From positions 1 through 38,593 of the IMG/VR virus record IMGVR_UViG_2917865565_000005: a stretch of 38,593 bases of DNA, one strand, 5' to 3'. This document shows, piece by piece, positions 38,336-38,593 of the stretch (position 1 is the first letter of the stretch; every line of letters begins with the position of its first letter). Source of the stretch: a virus. Lineage: Duplodnaviria; Heunggongvirae; Uroviricota; Caudoviricetes. A program made the position numbers and the translations under genes. The notes under the pieces were generated by a model. That model ran no database searches. It had not been told where the DNA came from and saw nothing but the letters and a program-made list of their open reading frames with translations.

Positions 38336-38593
38336 TCAGGCTTCAAGATTCTCTTTCACCCAGGCAGCAAAATCGGTATAGCCGCCGATGTGTTGCTGAT
38401 CGACAAAAATCTGCGGTACGGTTTCTACTGGTTTACCCGCTTTCTGTTGTAAATCTTCTTTGCTAATCCCTTCTGCACGAATATCAACATACTGATATTC
38501 AAAGTCATCGCGTTCATTACTCAGTTTGTCTGCCAACTCTTTAGCACGCACGCAGTAAGGGCAACCCGGACGACCAAAAATAACGGTTTGCAT
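38336..38593 (-). CDS. grxA: Glutaredoxin 1 (host)
   Basis: 85 aa with active site 'CPYC' ('MQTVIFGRPGCPYCVRAKELA...'); start codon is the last three bases of the window. Confidence 0.9.
   Translation of the reverse strand: MQTVIFGRPGCPYCVRAKELADKLSNERDDFEYQYVDIRAEGISKEDLQQKAGKPVETVPQIFVDQQHIGGYTDFAAWVKENLEA

Noticed and set aside
1-38593. CRISPR arrays, tRNA/rRNA genes, IS elements or transposases
   Set aside because: No regularly spaced short direct repeats, no tRNA-like structures noticed at the prophage end, and no transposase-like ORF; the only mobile element is the prophage itself.

Overview
The window is essentially one complete P2/186-family (peduovirus-type) prophage of about 35.7 kb, from the integrase stop codon at bases 1-3 to ogr ending at 35734, followed by E. 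coli-type chromosome (ybjL, ybjM, grxA). Gene order: int - old - cI | apl - cII - small early genes - TraR-like - dam - A - (LexA-controlled tum/DinI-like, ASCH) - cos - AT-rich cassette - Q P | O N M L X holin endolysin spanins R S - AT-rich minus-strand insert - V W J I H G - acyltransferase insert - FI FII E/E' T U D ogr. The morphogenetic backbone looks intact and syntenic with P2; four accessory loci interrupt it. The best candidate for an undescribed system is the AT-rich cassette between cos and the portal gene (11164..13392): a GHKL-type ATPase/kinase-like protein with a basic N-terminal region, a small STAS-like protein and a protein with a hydrophobic segment, which I cannot assign to any named defence system. 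A second, technical point: at least nine genes, including the conserved host genes ybjL and ybjM, are split by single-base length changes in A/T homopolymer runs, so the sequence probably carries homopolymer indel errors and several apparent two-ORF pairs are single genes. All calls come from reading the sequence and ORF translations; no searches were run, and reference lengths and motifs quoted are from memory.
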